Shown: in pieces, positions 24,819 to 37,693 of the stretch
How positions within the stretch are numbered: the stretch's first letter is position 1
Layout: each line of letters starts with the position of its first letter
From: Dimorphilus gyrociliatus
Taxonomy: Eukaryota; Animalia; Annelida
Direction: 5' to 3'
DNA length: 64,000 bases
Assembly: GCA_904063045.1 (NCBI GenBank)
Contig: CAJFCJ010000002.1
Span: forward strand, 3,591,891 to 3,655,890
The notes under the pieces: model-generated
Told to the model about the DNA's origin: nothing
What the model saw: the letters and a program-made list of their open reading frames with translations, nothing else
Databases searched by the model: none
Program-made: the position numbers and the translations under genes

Positions 24819-26772
24819 ATGCCTGTCGGTAAGAATTATTATACACATATATACGATATATGTTTATTTTAAATATATATAGATGCAAAAAAAAAGAGAA
24901 TCTTTAAATATAGTAAAAAAGAAACAATTTTGGGAAATATATGAAAATATTAATGATACTAATTATCTTTCTTTTATTTATTTAATTAGAATTGCCCGAA
25001 GTAATTCTGATTTCATTATTTCTGCCCAATGTCACGACGCTGATTGTTATTGCTTTCTTTTATGTATTAAGAAGTAGAAAGCTATGCAGTTGTAAAAAAC
25101 AACCAGATAAAAATTATTCTAGTAAGTACAACGCTATCAATTTATAAAATATTTTATAAATTGATTCATTATTATCGTATAAATACGAAAATAACATCAT
25201 ATTTATGTTATATTCGGACAAACTAAAGTTAAATATTGAATTATTAAACAAATATTGAATTAAAAATCAGTTTAAAAATTTATAGAGTTAGAATAAAACT
25301 AAAAATCTTCCCCATTTTTCAATATGTTGAAAAGAATTCACCTTGAAATAAATAGTTAATAGTGAAGTGACATGCACCTGTAGTCCTATTTTAATACTAT
25401 TAAATGTTATTATTATGAAATTGCTTACTGCAGGTGATAGTAAAGGGAGCTATATTGAAACAAAGCTGTCGGATATACCGCAATCTTACTCGAGAAGCAA
25501 TTCCGAGAGAACATCAAACAGAAGTGAGACAAAATTATTAACAAAGAAAAAAAAAGAGACGGTGCATGTTATTCAAGATTCTGTTACCAAATTTTGTGAT
25601 TCTCGTTCATTAACACAAGCAACAGCCGAAGAATTAAGAATTTTTGGGTTTCAAAGTGAAGAAGAGTTAGATGCTCTTGACCATAAAACTGTTGATCAGC
25701 TAGATATAACTCCAGCTCAAAAATGCTTATTAAGAAAGACTATTACTATCAAGCATAGTGAAGACTTTAATCATTCTTCCCACAAACAAGGAAGCCACAA
25801 CGGATATAAAGGAAGGGATAATTCCGTTAATAGCAACAGTACTGCAGGTATCTATTGATTATATGCTGTGTACTTGTAAATATAAATAATTATCCATGAA
25901 ACAGCCCACTATCACCTTCGTATAAAACGAAGGAAGTTTACCATAAAGTTTTCATTAATCTTTAATAGCAAGCACTTTTCTAATTAAATATACAATCAAA
26001 TACAGTATAGCCAATCTAATCTCTTAGTAAATTTTGAAGCTATATCTTAAAGCTTTAGACGTCGTTAGACGCTCCCTCTTTAGTTTTAGGATAATGTAGA
26101 TACAGCATATACTATATATTAGAGATAGATGGAGCTAAATAAAGATTAAAAAAAATATACAGGATTTTGTTATTTACTTAATAAACTTATCTGATAGAAT
26201 CATTGTTATTTGACAATAGTCTTCGTTCGTGATGAATTGTGCAATCTATTCTAATTTATACTATTTTTATATAATTTTTCTATTCTCTTCTCCAGGTCAA
26301 AGCTTTGAGAGGTCTCATAGTGGAGATGAAAAAGATTCATCGTACCCTTTGCTTCATCAGTATAAGCATGGAAAAAGCCAAAGGCCTAGAGAATATACTG
26401 GCTATTTATCCGATCCAGGGCTATATAAACTTGCCGAGTCAATTGGAGAAAGTTGGAGAAAATTGGCAAGCAAATTGAATATTTCTCCTAGTGAAGAGAT
26501 AGACGTTCGTCGAAGTGATAGTCTAGCCGATGGAGTTGCCCGTATGTTGATGAGGTGGAGAGATGATCAGCAAGGTAATGACGATACGATAAGAAGGAAT
26601 TTATGCCAAGCATTAGATTTTAGTGGTAGAAAAGATTTAGCAGAAATGATTGATATTCGTGTAAGTATACAAAATACTTATTAATTGGATAAGTCATTAA
26701 GACATCTTTATTTTATATTTTAAGGTACAGATGAATAAAATCAGAGAAGGAAAAGTATTTTCTAAAGTATAA
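24819..26772 (+). CDS. Death-domain protein with an upstream SAM-like domain; exons 24819-24828, 25434-25847, 26296-26660, 26725-26772, ~278 aa
   Basis: Death domain LYKLAESIGESWRKLASKLNIS...ARMLMRWR...LCQALDFSGRKDLAEMI is clear. The SAM-like pattern V..F...L...EEL..FGF.S.EEL..L....DQLDI.PAQKCLL is weaker. Splice phases are consistent; the first and last exons are less certain. Confidence 0.75.
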
Positions 26773-27041
26773 ACTGTAAATAAAATTAAAGAAAGAAAAA
26801 TAAACCAAAAAGGTAAAACTGTTGAAAACAGATTCAAAGTATCATTAATATAAGTATTTACTTTCGAATATTCGTATTACAAAAAAGCCAACATCAACAA
26901 TTACAGCAACCTCTGTACTCATTGTTTTGTTAAATAGAAACACTATTCCGAAAGAGACGGAAATTGTTGCGTCATATTTTGTTATTATTTTCAAAATTAA
27001 ATATTTCTTAAAAGGTATTTTATATTTGTCAATTTTATTAA

Positions 27042-28131
27042 ATGACCTATATTCTGATATTTCTTTTAGTATTTATTTGTAAAGGTTATTTGGTTGAGTC
27101 CAACTACATTGTAAATTTAAATTTGTTGAAGTTTAATGAAGGGCAAACGTCTTATTTGAATGAAAACAATACATTCAATCCCAGTTGGAATTTAATCTGT
27201 TTAAACGATATATATTTAATTAATCAGCAAAATGAATTAATGATTAATTGTAAATACGGATTATTTCATAATTTAACATTTTGCGAATTAAATAGATTTA
27301 ATAGTTCATCTTTCAACTATGTTGAATTTAATCACTGTATTAAAAGAGAAACTATTAAAATTGTCATTCGTAATAAGCTGAAAAAACATTTATTCATTTA
27401 TATTGCATTTTTTGAGTATATTGACCAATCTACTCAATTAATTGTACATAGTAGAATCTTTGTGGCAAAAACATTGAGAAAAAGGAGAAAACTATTGTCA
27501 ATTAACTCTAACATTACTACACAATATTTTTCCAAGCTTTTAGTTGAATATTCGGTTAGCTAATGTTTAGTTTTGTCATTAAAGATACAATTTCATTTTT
27601 CATTTTGATAGATTAACTGCCAATATCCTTTCTTTGGAGCAGATTGTTCAAAACATGTAAAGTTTATTTGGCTATTTTAAATGGAGTTAAAAGTCTATTA
27701 ACACGTATTAATTTATATTTTAGCATAGTCAGTTTAAATTACAAAATATTACTAAAGAGAATAACATATATAGCGAAGAAACGGCTCCAGTTATAGTCTA
27801 TGTGGAAAGATTGAGTAAATATGGTTAAAATATATTTAATCATCTCATATTTTATAATAGAATATTATAAATAGCAACAGCGAAGGCGTCTAAAAGAAAA
27901 CCTATTTCTACAAGAGTTGACGTCTTTCTTTTGATAATAGTATTTATTTTTGGAATACTCGTCGTGTCTTTGATAATTGTGTTTAACCGACCAGAAAATC
28001 CATTTCATAGTGTTAAATCTTGTCTAATTAAGGTTGGAAAGCTAATGAAAAAGGAAGTTGAGGATGTTAAAGATGAGAATGAAGTTAGTGATTATTTAGA
28101 AAGCGATTCTCAAAGTAGTGATAGTTTTTAA
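27042..28131 (+). CDS. Orphan single-pass (type I) membrane protein; exons about 27042-27554, 27612-27656, 27724-27814, 27875-28131, ~301 aa
   Basis: Signal peptide, several N-x-S/T sites, a mini-exon INCQYPFFGADCSKH (EGF-like C-terminal half), TM segment VFLLIIVFIFGILVVSLIIVF and an acidic tail. Introns of 57, 67 and 60 nt keep the frame. Confidence 0.6.
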
Positions 28132-28397
28132 TTGGTTAGTGCTGAATCTATTTCATAAACTATCAAGTGTACAGACAATTAGAATTTTGTTCTTAAACTG
28201 TGTCTACCGGTCAAACCAAAGATAAGCTAAGTCTGATGCTGTACTGTAGTTGATCGATAAGAGAGCAAAGAATCTGATTTAGTAACATATATCTAATCAC
28301 ACAGACTTTTTATGAACGAATTTCATCACCATTATCAAGATCTCAATAGATTTTAAAGACAGATTTTTCTATTAAATGTTGACTTGGAAAAAAATAA

Positions 28398-29675
28398 TTA
28401 CAAGTTTAGTTCAATAGAAAATTTCTTAATATAGTCGGAAAATTGTTTATGATAGTATTCTTTTCTAATTAAATTATCTTTATAAGAATGTGTGCCTTTC
28501 TTATGCTCCCTTTGGCTTGTTATATAAGTTTTGCATGTTCTTTCCCATTCATCGGTCCAAGGCATTTCTAATTTTTCATACAGATCTTTAAATGTCTCCA
28601 TTGGGTTCCTCACAATATCTTTAAAATAAACATCAATAAATCTATTCTCTGTTTTGTCCTTTTCTTCCAACTCTTCTCTCTGTTCTAGTAATAAGTTAGT
28701 TCCTTTCAAGCACATATCGGAAACGTTATCACCCATGACTTTTAAATCTCTTCCAAAAATAGAAAAAAATTGTGAACTTGACATGCCAAGTAGAGATGTT
28801 ATAGAGGCTAGTGACTTGGCAGGATCCCTATGAATTGTTACTATTTTAGCATCTGGAAAAACTTCCAATAGAGCAGCAACATTTGTATAAGGACTATGGC
28901 TCATTGTCAATAATCTCTCTGTTGGATAGTTGTACATGTAGCATTGCATCATCAACTTTATGCTTCGGTACATTTCAACCCAAGTTGATTTATCTAAGTT
29001 CATCAAGTAGTCCATATAGTCGTCTAGATTATTGATAACCATTGCCATATAGAATTGAGCTCCTACACACATTAGATTCATCAAAATATCTTCGGGACTT
29101 CTTGCAAAGAGAGGGTGAGCACTTTCAATTCGTTTACCCCATAGATACTTTGCTATGCCCAATCTCCAGTCTACTTCTTTTATAACCTTGTTATCACTCT
29201 CTGATAGTGGATTCGAAGGCGGTGGAACAAGGACATTCTGAAGCCATACTTCAGGACAATACCATCTCTTATCCTGTTGCATGGTTACATGCATGAATGT
29301 ACTACCTGTTCTTGGAAGAGTAACGATAAAGACTGGATTTTTTATGTCGACATTTCTAACTTTAGGATTTTCTTTGACATAATTATCAAAGTTGTATCTG
29401 GATTTAATAACATCGTATAGCTGATTATAATAAATAAATCTACCAGTTAAAGTGATATCGCTCGCATTGGATAGTCCATTCATCATAAGTTTCAAATTTT
29501 TCATGAAGAATTTATCTTTCTTGATATGCTCATAGTGTACCTTATTCATTCCTTTAATTGCCTGCTCATAGTTCAGAGGAATTAAATGAATGTTCAAAAG
29601 ACTCAATAGAGCTCCAACATTATCAATTACAAATTTTATGGATAGTACTAAGAAGCTGATAAACTGATTCGCCAT
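28398..29675 (-). CDS. Sulfotransferase family protein (P-loop fold, Sulfotransfer_3-like, bacterial-type), single exon, 425 aa
   Basis: 5'-PAPS-binding motif NPVFIVTLPRTGSTFMH, 3'-phosphate motif KIVTIHRDPAKSLAS, and the later FIDVYFKDIVRNP...LYEKLEMPW segment typical of this family. Confidence 0.85.
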   Translation of the reverse strand: MANQFISFLVLSIKFVIDNVGALLSLLNIHLIPLNYEQAIKGMNKVHYEHIKKDKFFMKNLKLMMNGLSNASDITLTGRFIYYNQLYDVIKSRYNFDNYVKENPKVRNVDIKNPVFIVTLPRTGSTFMHVTMQQDKRWYCPEVWLQNVLVPPPSNPLSESDNKVIKEVDWRLGIAKYLWGKRIESAHPLFARSPEDILMNLMCVGAQFYMAMVINNLDDYMDYLMNLDKSTWVEMYRSIKLMMQCYMYNYPTERLLTMSHSPYTNVAALLEVFPDAKIVTIHRDPAKSLASITSLLGMSSSQFFSIFGRDLKVMGDNVSDMCLKGTNLLLEQREELEEKDKTENRFIDVYFKDIVRNPMETFKDLYEKLEMPWTDEWERTCKTYITSQREHKKGTHSYKDNLIRKEYYHKQFSDYIKKFSIELNL

Positions 29676-32219
29676 TTCATGTATTCAATGTGTCACTTCA
29701 GGAAATTTTACGATGTCTAATAGAAAAAATATTGCTCCTCTTTATAAATGATCCGATCAAAGATATGTTTCTATTTATCTAATCTTTCACAAATTTTTTT
29801 AGCTAATATTGCTAGAAGCAGGTAGCTAGGCTGTCTCTCCAAATATCTAGGTCGCTTTTTGTCAATGTTTTCACTTCTAATATTTTTCTTCTTGAGATAA
29901 AGATGGCGTTGCTAACATACATAGTCACTCAGTTAAAGCGAACGCGGAGACTTTACTGGCCCTCTTGCACATAACAGTATCTTTATTTCAATTAAGTGAA
30001 TGTATCATATAAGCTTCTGAGTGTAATATCAACCGACTCTTATCATTAATAATAAATGTCTTGGGGATATTATCAATATTGTCTTGTTAGTCTAGAGGAA
30101 TATTATAAGGTTAAGGAAAAGCATTTTTTGTGTAAGAAGTGTAAAAGGGATACTTTTTGTAAAGTTTAATTTAGTATTAGTCCTAGTAAAACAGGTATTA
30201 GATTTTCATAACATAGCTTATACACTTTATCATAGTATGAAATCTTTATATGATATATCGATAATTATTAAAGATAAGAGACTTTTTGCAATATTTCATC
30301 ATATTTATTGATTTTATTAAAAATCAATTAACTCTTCAAACAAAAGTCGAGCTTTAAATTATTGAAACAATGAAAAAAAATCGAATAATACTACTACATA
30401 AATATGTTCTTCATTTGATCATTACTTAAAATGTCGTTCAAATTTATTAACATAATCTTAAACATATCTTCTAAGTAATTCATGTGGACTTTTTAAATAT
30501 ATTTCCACTCCTGGCTTATTTCAGGCTTTATATGGATGTTATGAAAACAGTTTAAGGCATTGTTTACTAATTGAAGAAAATACATATCCATATTCAATTC
30601 TCTATTGTCTCTATTATCCTATTATACTTGGAGATGGTGAATAAGTACAAAAAAAAGTTTCAGACATTTCTAATAGGTATATAGTGGCTTTAAAATTGTT
30701 TGAGGATTTTGGCAATAATATATTGAAGCCAAGAAATATTAAGACTCCAACCTCATTGTTTGAAAAGTGAGCCATGGCTAAAAGCCGTCTATCAACATAA
30801 CTTTTCTTCAGCATTTTTGGATTCTGCTTCTGATCAATTTATTTATTTCTATTTTCACTTATAAGGATCGATTTGTACTATGGCCAAACCATTTACCTAG
30901 ATCATTAAAGCAAAAAGATATATATATATAGAAAATATCTGCACAGCCTTTCATAATGAATATGATAGATGATTTGTACACCATTCTAGACTACCAAAGT
31001 ATTATTAGTAGTCTAAATCTTTTTAATAATATAGCTTTAAATCTTCAAATGATAAAGGATTCAATGCGCAAAGAGACTACGTACAAATATTCATCCAGAG
31101 GTCGGGAGAAAAACAAGTATGATCTTGAAAAATAGTACAATGCAATAAAACACTTTCCGTTCAGGGAAAATTTGTGATAAAAGCCAGCTCTTTAAATATA
31201 ACTGAAAGATGTAAGGCACATTAGACAATCTACTTGCACAATGGAGATATTATCGTTAATCAGATATACTGTATATATTGACATTATTATTCTCTTATTT
31301 AAATAAAGAGTAGCCAGTCTCTTTTTTATATTTTTTGGATTAAAAAGAATACAATTTACCGAAAATTAGCGTGACACGAAAATTTATATTTACTATCTTC
31401 AGTCTGAATCTGGCTTTGCTGTCCTAAAAATATCAATACTATTGTAATAGTTTAATACTTAACCTCTAAATGGTCAATATTTCAGTTAAAAATAGTTGGG
31501 TATATTAAAATTCTTAAACATTTTCAATTGACTTTCATTAGAATTAAAATATGAAAGAATATATTCGTTGAACGGCATTTTTTACGTAAGAAGTAATAAA
31601 TTCTGCCGATTACTGAACATTAGGATTAGAATATTCTATTTTCTGTATAGTTGGTGTTTTTAATTGAACTATTAGAAGTGATAACTTACAAAGTACATCA
31701 GTTTTACAGATAAATTACTACCCATTCTATAAAGATTTATACATCTCAATGTTTATCTCTTATTTAACAACGCAAAATATGTAAAATGTACTTTAATTAA
31801 CCTTTTTTTCAAAATTAAAAAGAGGTATTCTATAGACTAAAGAAGAATACAGTTTCTACAGCTATATGAATTATATTTAGACTATTTCATGATAATTACT
31901 TCAATCAACATGCTAAAAAAAAAACAAGCAACCAACAGTTGAAGTTTTGGGATTTTCTTAACCTTTTGAACCCTTGATAGACAAGCACTGTTCCGAACGG
32001 AATAGTTGCTTGTTCTTTCTTGCCAAAATATACGCATTGAAATTGCCATATGGACACGTGACTACCTCGGATAGTTCATTCTGAATACCATCAGTTTGGA
32101 CGTGTCCTAATGAGTCAGAGTTGAAATTGTTCCAAAGCTAGTGAACCGAAACGTAAAATTTGCCATTGAAGATTTTAACCTTATAAGGTATCACTTTCTT
32201 TTTAAGGAAAGAAAAAACT

Positions 32220-34400
32220 ATGGCAGCCAATTTGTCAATTGTAAATCTCTTTTATACGTTTTTTATCCTGAAAATTTTATCGATTTGGGTGTGTTCTGGT
32301 AAGAAAATTAAGTATATGGTTGAATATTTCTATTTGATCTTTCCAATTTGTTAGGGCAAGAAATATATTGCCAAGACATTTGGGGATCTATTGGCTTTGG
32401 AGTGGTAGGAAGCTACAAATGTTTCTTTATTCATCCACTAAATTCTCCTCGAAGACTTCGAGGCGTGACGTGGGAAGTTGCAAAACAATTTTGCGAAACT
32501 AGAGGAACAAAACTCGCTGAAATAAATAACTTTTTAGAGCAATTTGCTATTTCAACAAAGTTCGTAGTATTAATCAACCTTTCATTTATTACTTTTTGTT
32601 ATTTATAGCAAAATAAACATTCTTTCTAACTTTTCAATAGACTTCGAGAAGAATTTATCAAAAAGAAAGTACCCAACAGCCCACAATATTTCCGTATTGC
32701 TGGTAGAGAGAGTGACGCCGGAGATTTTCATTTCCTAGGTTTTCTTAAATATTTGTTTTGCTAATATCTAAAATTATCAATAATTTTATGGTTTTGTTCG
32801 ATTTCAGATGGACGTCTCTTGAAACAACAGGGATGCTTTATAACCAAACTACCTATACATGTTGCCGATTCTGAAGAAATTACCCCAGAAAGCTGTATCG
32901 AGGCCTGTAAAGTGAAAAACAAGAAATACTCCGGCATTAATCAATTAGGAGTATAAAATTGACAATTAATAATAGAAACAGTGTAATTTTACAAGAAACT
33001 TTCAGAATATAGTCTCTTGCTTTTGTGGAGACGTTTTCTCGAGGGGCAGAGCGGTAAGATGTACTACTCGATGCTTCAATTTGCGACATTCACCTTATAA
33101 TCACGAATTCTTTTGCGGATCTAATCAAGATGCACATGCATTAGCTATATACGCCACATTCGGTAAGAAATAAATAATTAAATCATATGCTCTAAGATTA
33201 TAATTAAACTTAGGGGCCTATTCGAAATTTGATTACGGACAGCCTAGCTGGAAACAGAATACATCTACTGATTACCACAGCTGCATAGTAATGAAAAGAT
33301 TTTCTGGTAGATTCGATGATCAGAGATGCTTCGAAAGAGGTCGATCCGCTTTATGCGAAATTCGGGGTATAACAAAAACTGTTCTCCTTTACACTAATGC
33401 AATATTCTGTCAAGGATTTCAACTCGAATCAATTTTTTATATTTTGCAGAAACGGTTGAATCTTTCTGTAATTCCATGAATTATATGTGGCTAAAAGAGG
33501 TACAGAGATGTATTAAATTTAAAGTTCAATCGTTTAATAGCTGGTTTGATGCTCGAGAATCGTAAGGAGGATAATACATTATTTAATGATTTATCCATTT
33601 AGAATTTTTAATATTCAACAGTTGCATTCGAGACAAGGGAGATTTATCAATTGTTGACGATCGTGAATATTATCAAATTGCCTCTAATATATTAATAAAG
33701 AATTATAGAATAAATAACTTTTGGATTGGAGCAATGAACAGAAGATATACATGGGATAGTACTAAAACTCCTATAACTTATTCAAGATTTTTTCATGCTG
33801 AATCATTCAGTTCCAAAGAAAATTGTTTTGCTTTCGATCTTGCTGCCCAAAGTGAACAAGGGGATATATCTTGGGTTGATTTAAGTTGTAAAGATGCTAG
33901 AGATCACGGTTTAATTTGTATGCTTGGTAAGACTAACTGTTACTTTATAACAACGAAAATTACAAAATCATTCATCCTTTCAACAATAGAATTAAACGAT
34001 CCTATAAAAGGAGACAACGATACAACAACTGTACAAACTAACATCGAAACGAGCAAATTAACAACGAAAACCTCACAAATTCTTACAACAGAAAAGTCCG
34101 TACCCACTACCTCAACGAAAATTTCAACTAAAAATCCCACTTCATCAAAAGGGTATGAAACGTCTAATTCGGACGAATCGTTAACAGAACATCCAATAAC
34201 GACTGTGAAAGTGCCGACTACTGAAATTACCCAAAATTTTACGATACCGTAAAAAGCAATCTTTAAGATTTTAGATAGATTTGAAGTTAGATTTTAGATA
34301 GAAATTTTTGTTATTATAACAAGACGAAGACATTAGTAGTTTTTTAATACTGTCTTTAGCAATTCTAACAATTCTATTTAAAATAGTACTTATTAGATGA
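32220..34400 (+). CDS. C-type lectin/WSC domain receptor-like protein, paralog A: signal - CTL1(N) - WSC - CTL1(C) - CTL2 - Thr-rich stalk - hydrophobic C-terminus
   Basis: Exons 32220-32298, 32355-32559, 32641-32738, 32808-32950, 33006-33162, 33214-~33366, then CTL2 exons. WSC: GCF...ITPESCIEACK..KYSG...SCFCG...C...C...FCG. CTL2: FWIGA...NCFAF...WVDLSC. The last exon (34337-34400) is tentative; without it the frame stops at 34252. Confidence 0.8.
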
Positions 34401-35511
34401 AACGTTTTGATTTGAAGAACATTATTTTGAGACAAATATATAGATTCTTTTAAAAGGCTTTTCTTTGATAAAAACATAGTTGAAAAGGCAAAAACATCTA
34501 CAAGGATAAAAAGAATATGTAAAAGTATAGAAATGTGCATTTATATTTAGAAAATGCCTCATTTCTTAAGAAACACAGACAAAGAACTGCAGTAGATACA
34601 GGTGTAGAATTTGTTTTTATCCTACATTGGATAAAGGGGTAATAGTGTAAATATAGTAAAAGATCGTTAATCACAATAAAAGGAAGTTATTATGATAAGA
34701 CATTAATTTTGCTAGACTGAGTAACTATTGATTTTTTCATCACTGATTGTAACTAATAATACATTTACAATGTCCCAACTATATTCAAAAATATCGTTTA
34801 TTTCCAATTAAATACTGACTAAAAGATACACTGTACTTTATTTAATATTCTAAGAATTCTATTTCATTGATATCCTATTTTAAGTAGGATTAAAAGAATG
34901 TCATTCACATTCTGTGTAATAGATAATAATATTTTGATAGCTAAATAAATTTGAGCTCGTTAGTAGCAATACTTTTAGTGATGTAAAGGCAAAACAAATG
35001 ATGATTAGACATGAAAATAAGTTGAAAAGTATATAGCAGAAGAGTATTAAAAACATTCTTTATTAGTTATTTAATTATTAAAAAAAGCAAATAAAAAACT
35101 TGATAGACAGTGCATACTGAATAAAAAATATATATGCTTGCATATATGCAGTAAATACAACTGTAAATACAATTTATTATGTATCAATGGAATGGTTTAG
35201 AGACAAAATATGTGTTAAACACAATTAAATCATAACAATATTTAGTATGTAAAATATCTATAAAAGCAGGGCTACTTGATCTTATTTTTTTCTTTGTTAC
35301 GTAATACCATAATAATCAAGATAGCAACGAGAACTATATGAATGAAAACGCATTCGGCAATTTATTAATCAATGACTTAGTATGCAAAACGTTTTTTTTG
35401 TACAATTTTTTTCTATAAAAAGAAAAAATTAATGTTTTTTATACAAGTATGTAAAACTATGTGTTAGTATGCTATATATTTGATCATAATTTCAATCTCT
35501 TGCTCAGGTGT

Positions 35512-37693
35512 CTAATTCTGAATTAATCTCTCAGTTTGTTCCCTATCTCCATCTCTGGATCTATAAAGAAGAACATTTACACATATATATATATATTAGT
35601 ATAAATTTATAACTATAAATAAATCATTTGGTAAATATGACAAATAGTATCTATAAAAGAATTAAAATTTTACCTTATAAAATCATTTCGACGGCAAAAT
35701 TTCTGAAAGCATTTTTTCAAACCCAACAAAACTGGATCATAATTGTCGAAATGGGATAAAAATGTAATTGCAAAGAAACTAAAAACAATAGGAATAGTTC
35801 CTACGTAAAACGGCCATTTATATTTCGCCTAAAAAGAAAAAAAGAAAAAATTCAAGGTTTGTTTAATTGTTTTCCAGTAGTATTATAAAGCAACTTACGG
35901 ATTTAACAATAATATCGGCAAGCATCGAAAGTGGAACTGTAAGACTAAGTGAAAAAGTTCCCACAAGTGATGAGGTAAGAAAACATCCCCTGTTTACAAT
36001 AAAAATTCCATTATAGAGAATTAGAAATTTTCCATGAAAGGTATAAGTGACTTCTTGAAAGAAGTACCTACCAAAGCCAAAATAAATCACTTAATACAGT
36101 GCCAATCAACCCATTAATAATCAAATATAACCACAAAGTTTTATCTGGCCATCGAAAAGGTTCTACTTTAGTTGCGTCCAAAATAAAATATCCAGGCCAT
36201 AATAACAGACATATAAAAAGACCGACGAATCCGAAAAACATAGGCACATTCAGTTTATCTTCATGATCTACTTTTCGCTTTAATAGAACTAAATATACTG
36301 CATACATTAAAGCACTGAGCAAGGACCATAATATATCCATGGGAACACCTTTTCCAAAATTCAGCTCGGATAAACATACCAGAGTCACTCCTCCTATTCC
36401 GAAGAGAACACATACTAATTTCGATAGTGTAAATTTATCGTTGGTATTCGAAGGGAAAATTGCAGCTAGTATTAATGTAAACACTGATGAAGTCGATGAT
36501 AAAACATTAACGACTCCAGCAGCACCAGTTTTGTCAAGGGCCTCCTGATACGAAAATTGAGCGAGAAAATAGATTATAGAGAAGAGGCAGGCAATTTTTG
36601 CAACTTGTTTTGCTGGTAAACTATTAGAATTACGTAATCTAGTTGCCTGCGCTTGTTGATAAGCTGTATAGGATAACCTAGCCAATGAGGCATCATCAGC
36701 TATTGACTCTGTTTAGGAAGATAAATTCTCTTTAAATTTTAGTTAGCTAAACTGCATTTATTACCTGATAAACAGCGTACTTCTGATAGTCGATTAAATC
36801 TTACTCGTCTGGGATTAGACGTTGGAGAATAATCAATGTTTGATTCATTTGAAGAAGATCTCTCAAACTTTACAGGAACATAAATAGGTTCACTCTGCAA
36901 AAATATAGAAACAACTAGAACTGAAATTAGAGAAACTTGAATAAAAAACTAAATAACTCCTCAATATTTCTAACAATACACCTTTTTCATTTTATATAAA
37001 ATCTATGAATTGGAATGTTTTATCTCTTCATCTAAAATATTGAATAATATCCTACTAGTAATTAAAAGTAAAAAAATACTCTTTTCTTATTAATAAACAT
37101 CAATAAACTGATACGGGTAATTGCTCTTATATCGTAGACTAAGTAAATTTTCTGTATGATCAGCATATCTCCCAGGTTTATTGCATTCGCAAAGAAATAC
37201 GTTTCTATACAATTTATTATAATAAAGTGTCAGTGTTTTAAATAAGTAATTATTTTACGCAGTTGTAAAAATTTTACACTTTTGGGATAGTATGTAAAAG
37301 ATAGAAGTTCAAAGAGAATTTGAATTCTATCTTCTATAGTTAATAATTATTAATATTACAATACTTCCCATTTCATATATTTTCTATTTAAACAATAATT
37401 AAAATACTTACTAAAGTTTGCTCTTCATCTGAACTTCCATTATTGATTGCTATTTCGCACCTATGCTTTTTACATTTATCTCTCCATTGCTTGAATAGTA
37501 AGAATCCAAATAAGTAGAGCATAAACATACTATTCTTAAGATAGGTACTGAAAAATGGTTTTGGATATTTCTCCGCCTGGAATATATACTTGGTTAATTC
37601 AGAAGATGCCACCCAAATTATAGCGACCAGGAGCAGAAGAATTATACCCACAACATGCCTCTGAGTACGATTTGTTAATTCTATCCCCAACAT
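35512..37693 (-). CDS. SLC35F5: Solute carrier family 35 member F5 (DMT/EamA fold), multi-exon
   Basis: GIILLLLVAIIWVASSELT.YIF...YPKPFFSTYLK, SEPIYVPVKF, RVRF, EDKLNVPMFFGFVG.F and NGLIGTVLSD.FWLW|GCFLTSSLVGT.SLSLTVPLSM.AD are diagnostic of SLC35F5. Last exon 35560-35512. Confidence 0.92.

Noticed and set aside
30700-30840. Weak resemblance (KKSYVDRRLLAMA vs VIKEVDWRLGIAK) to the sulfotransferase
   Set aside because: Too short and too weak to distinguish from chance without an alignment score.
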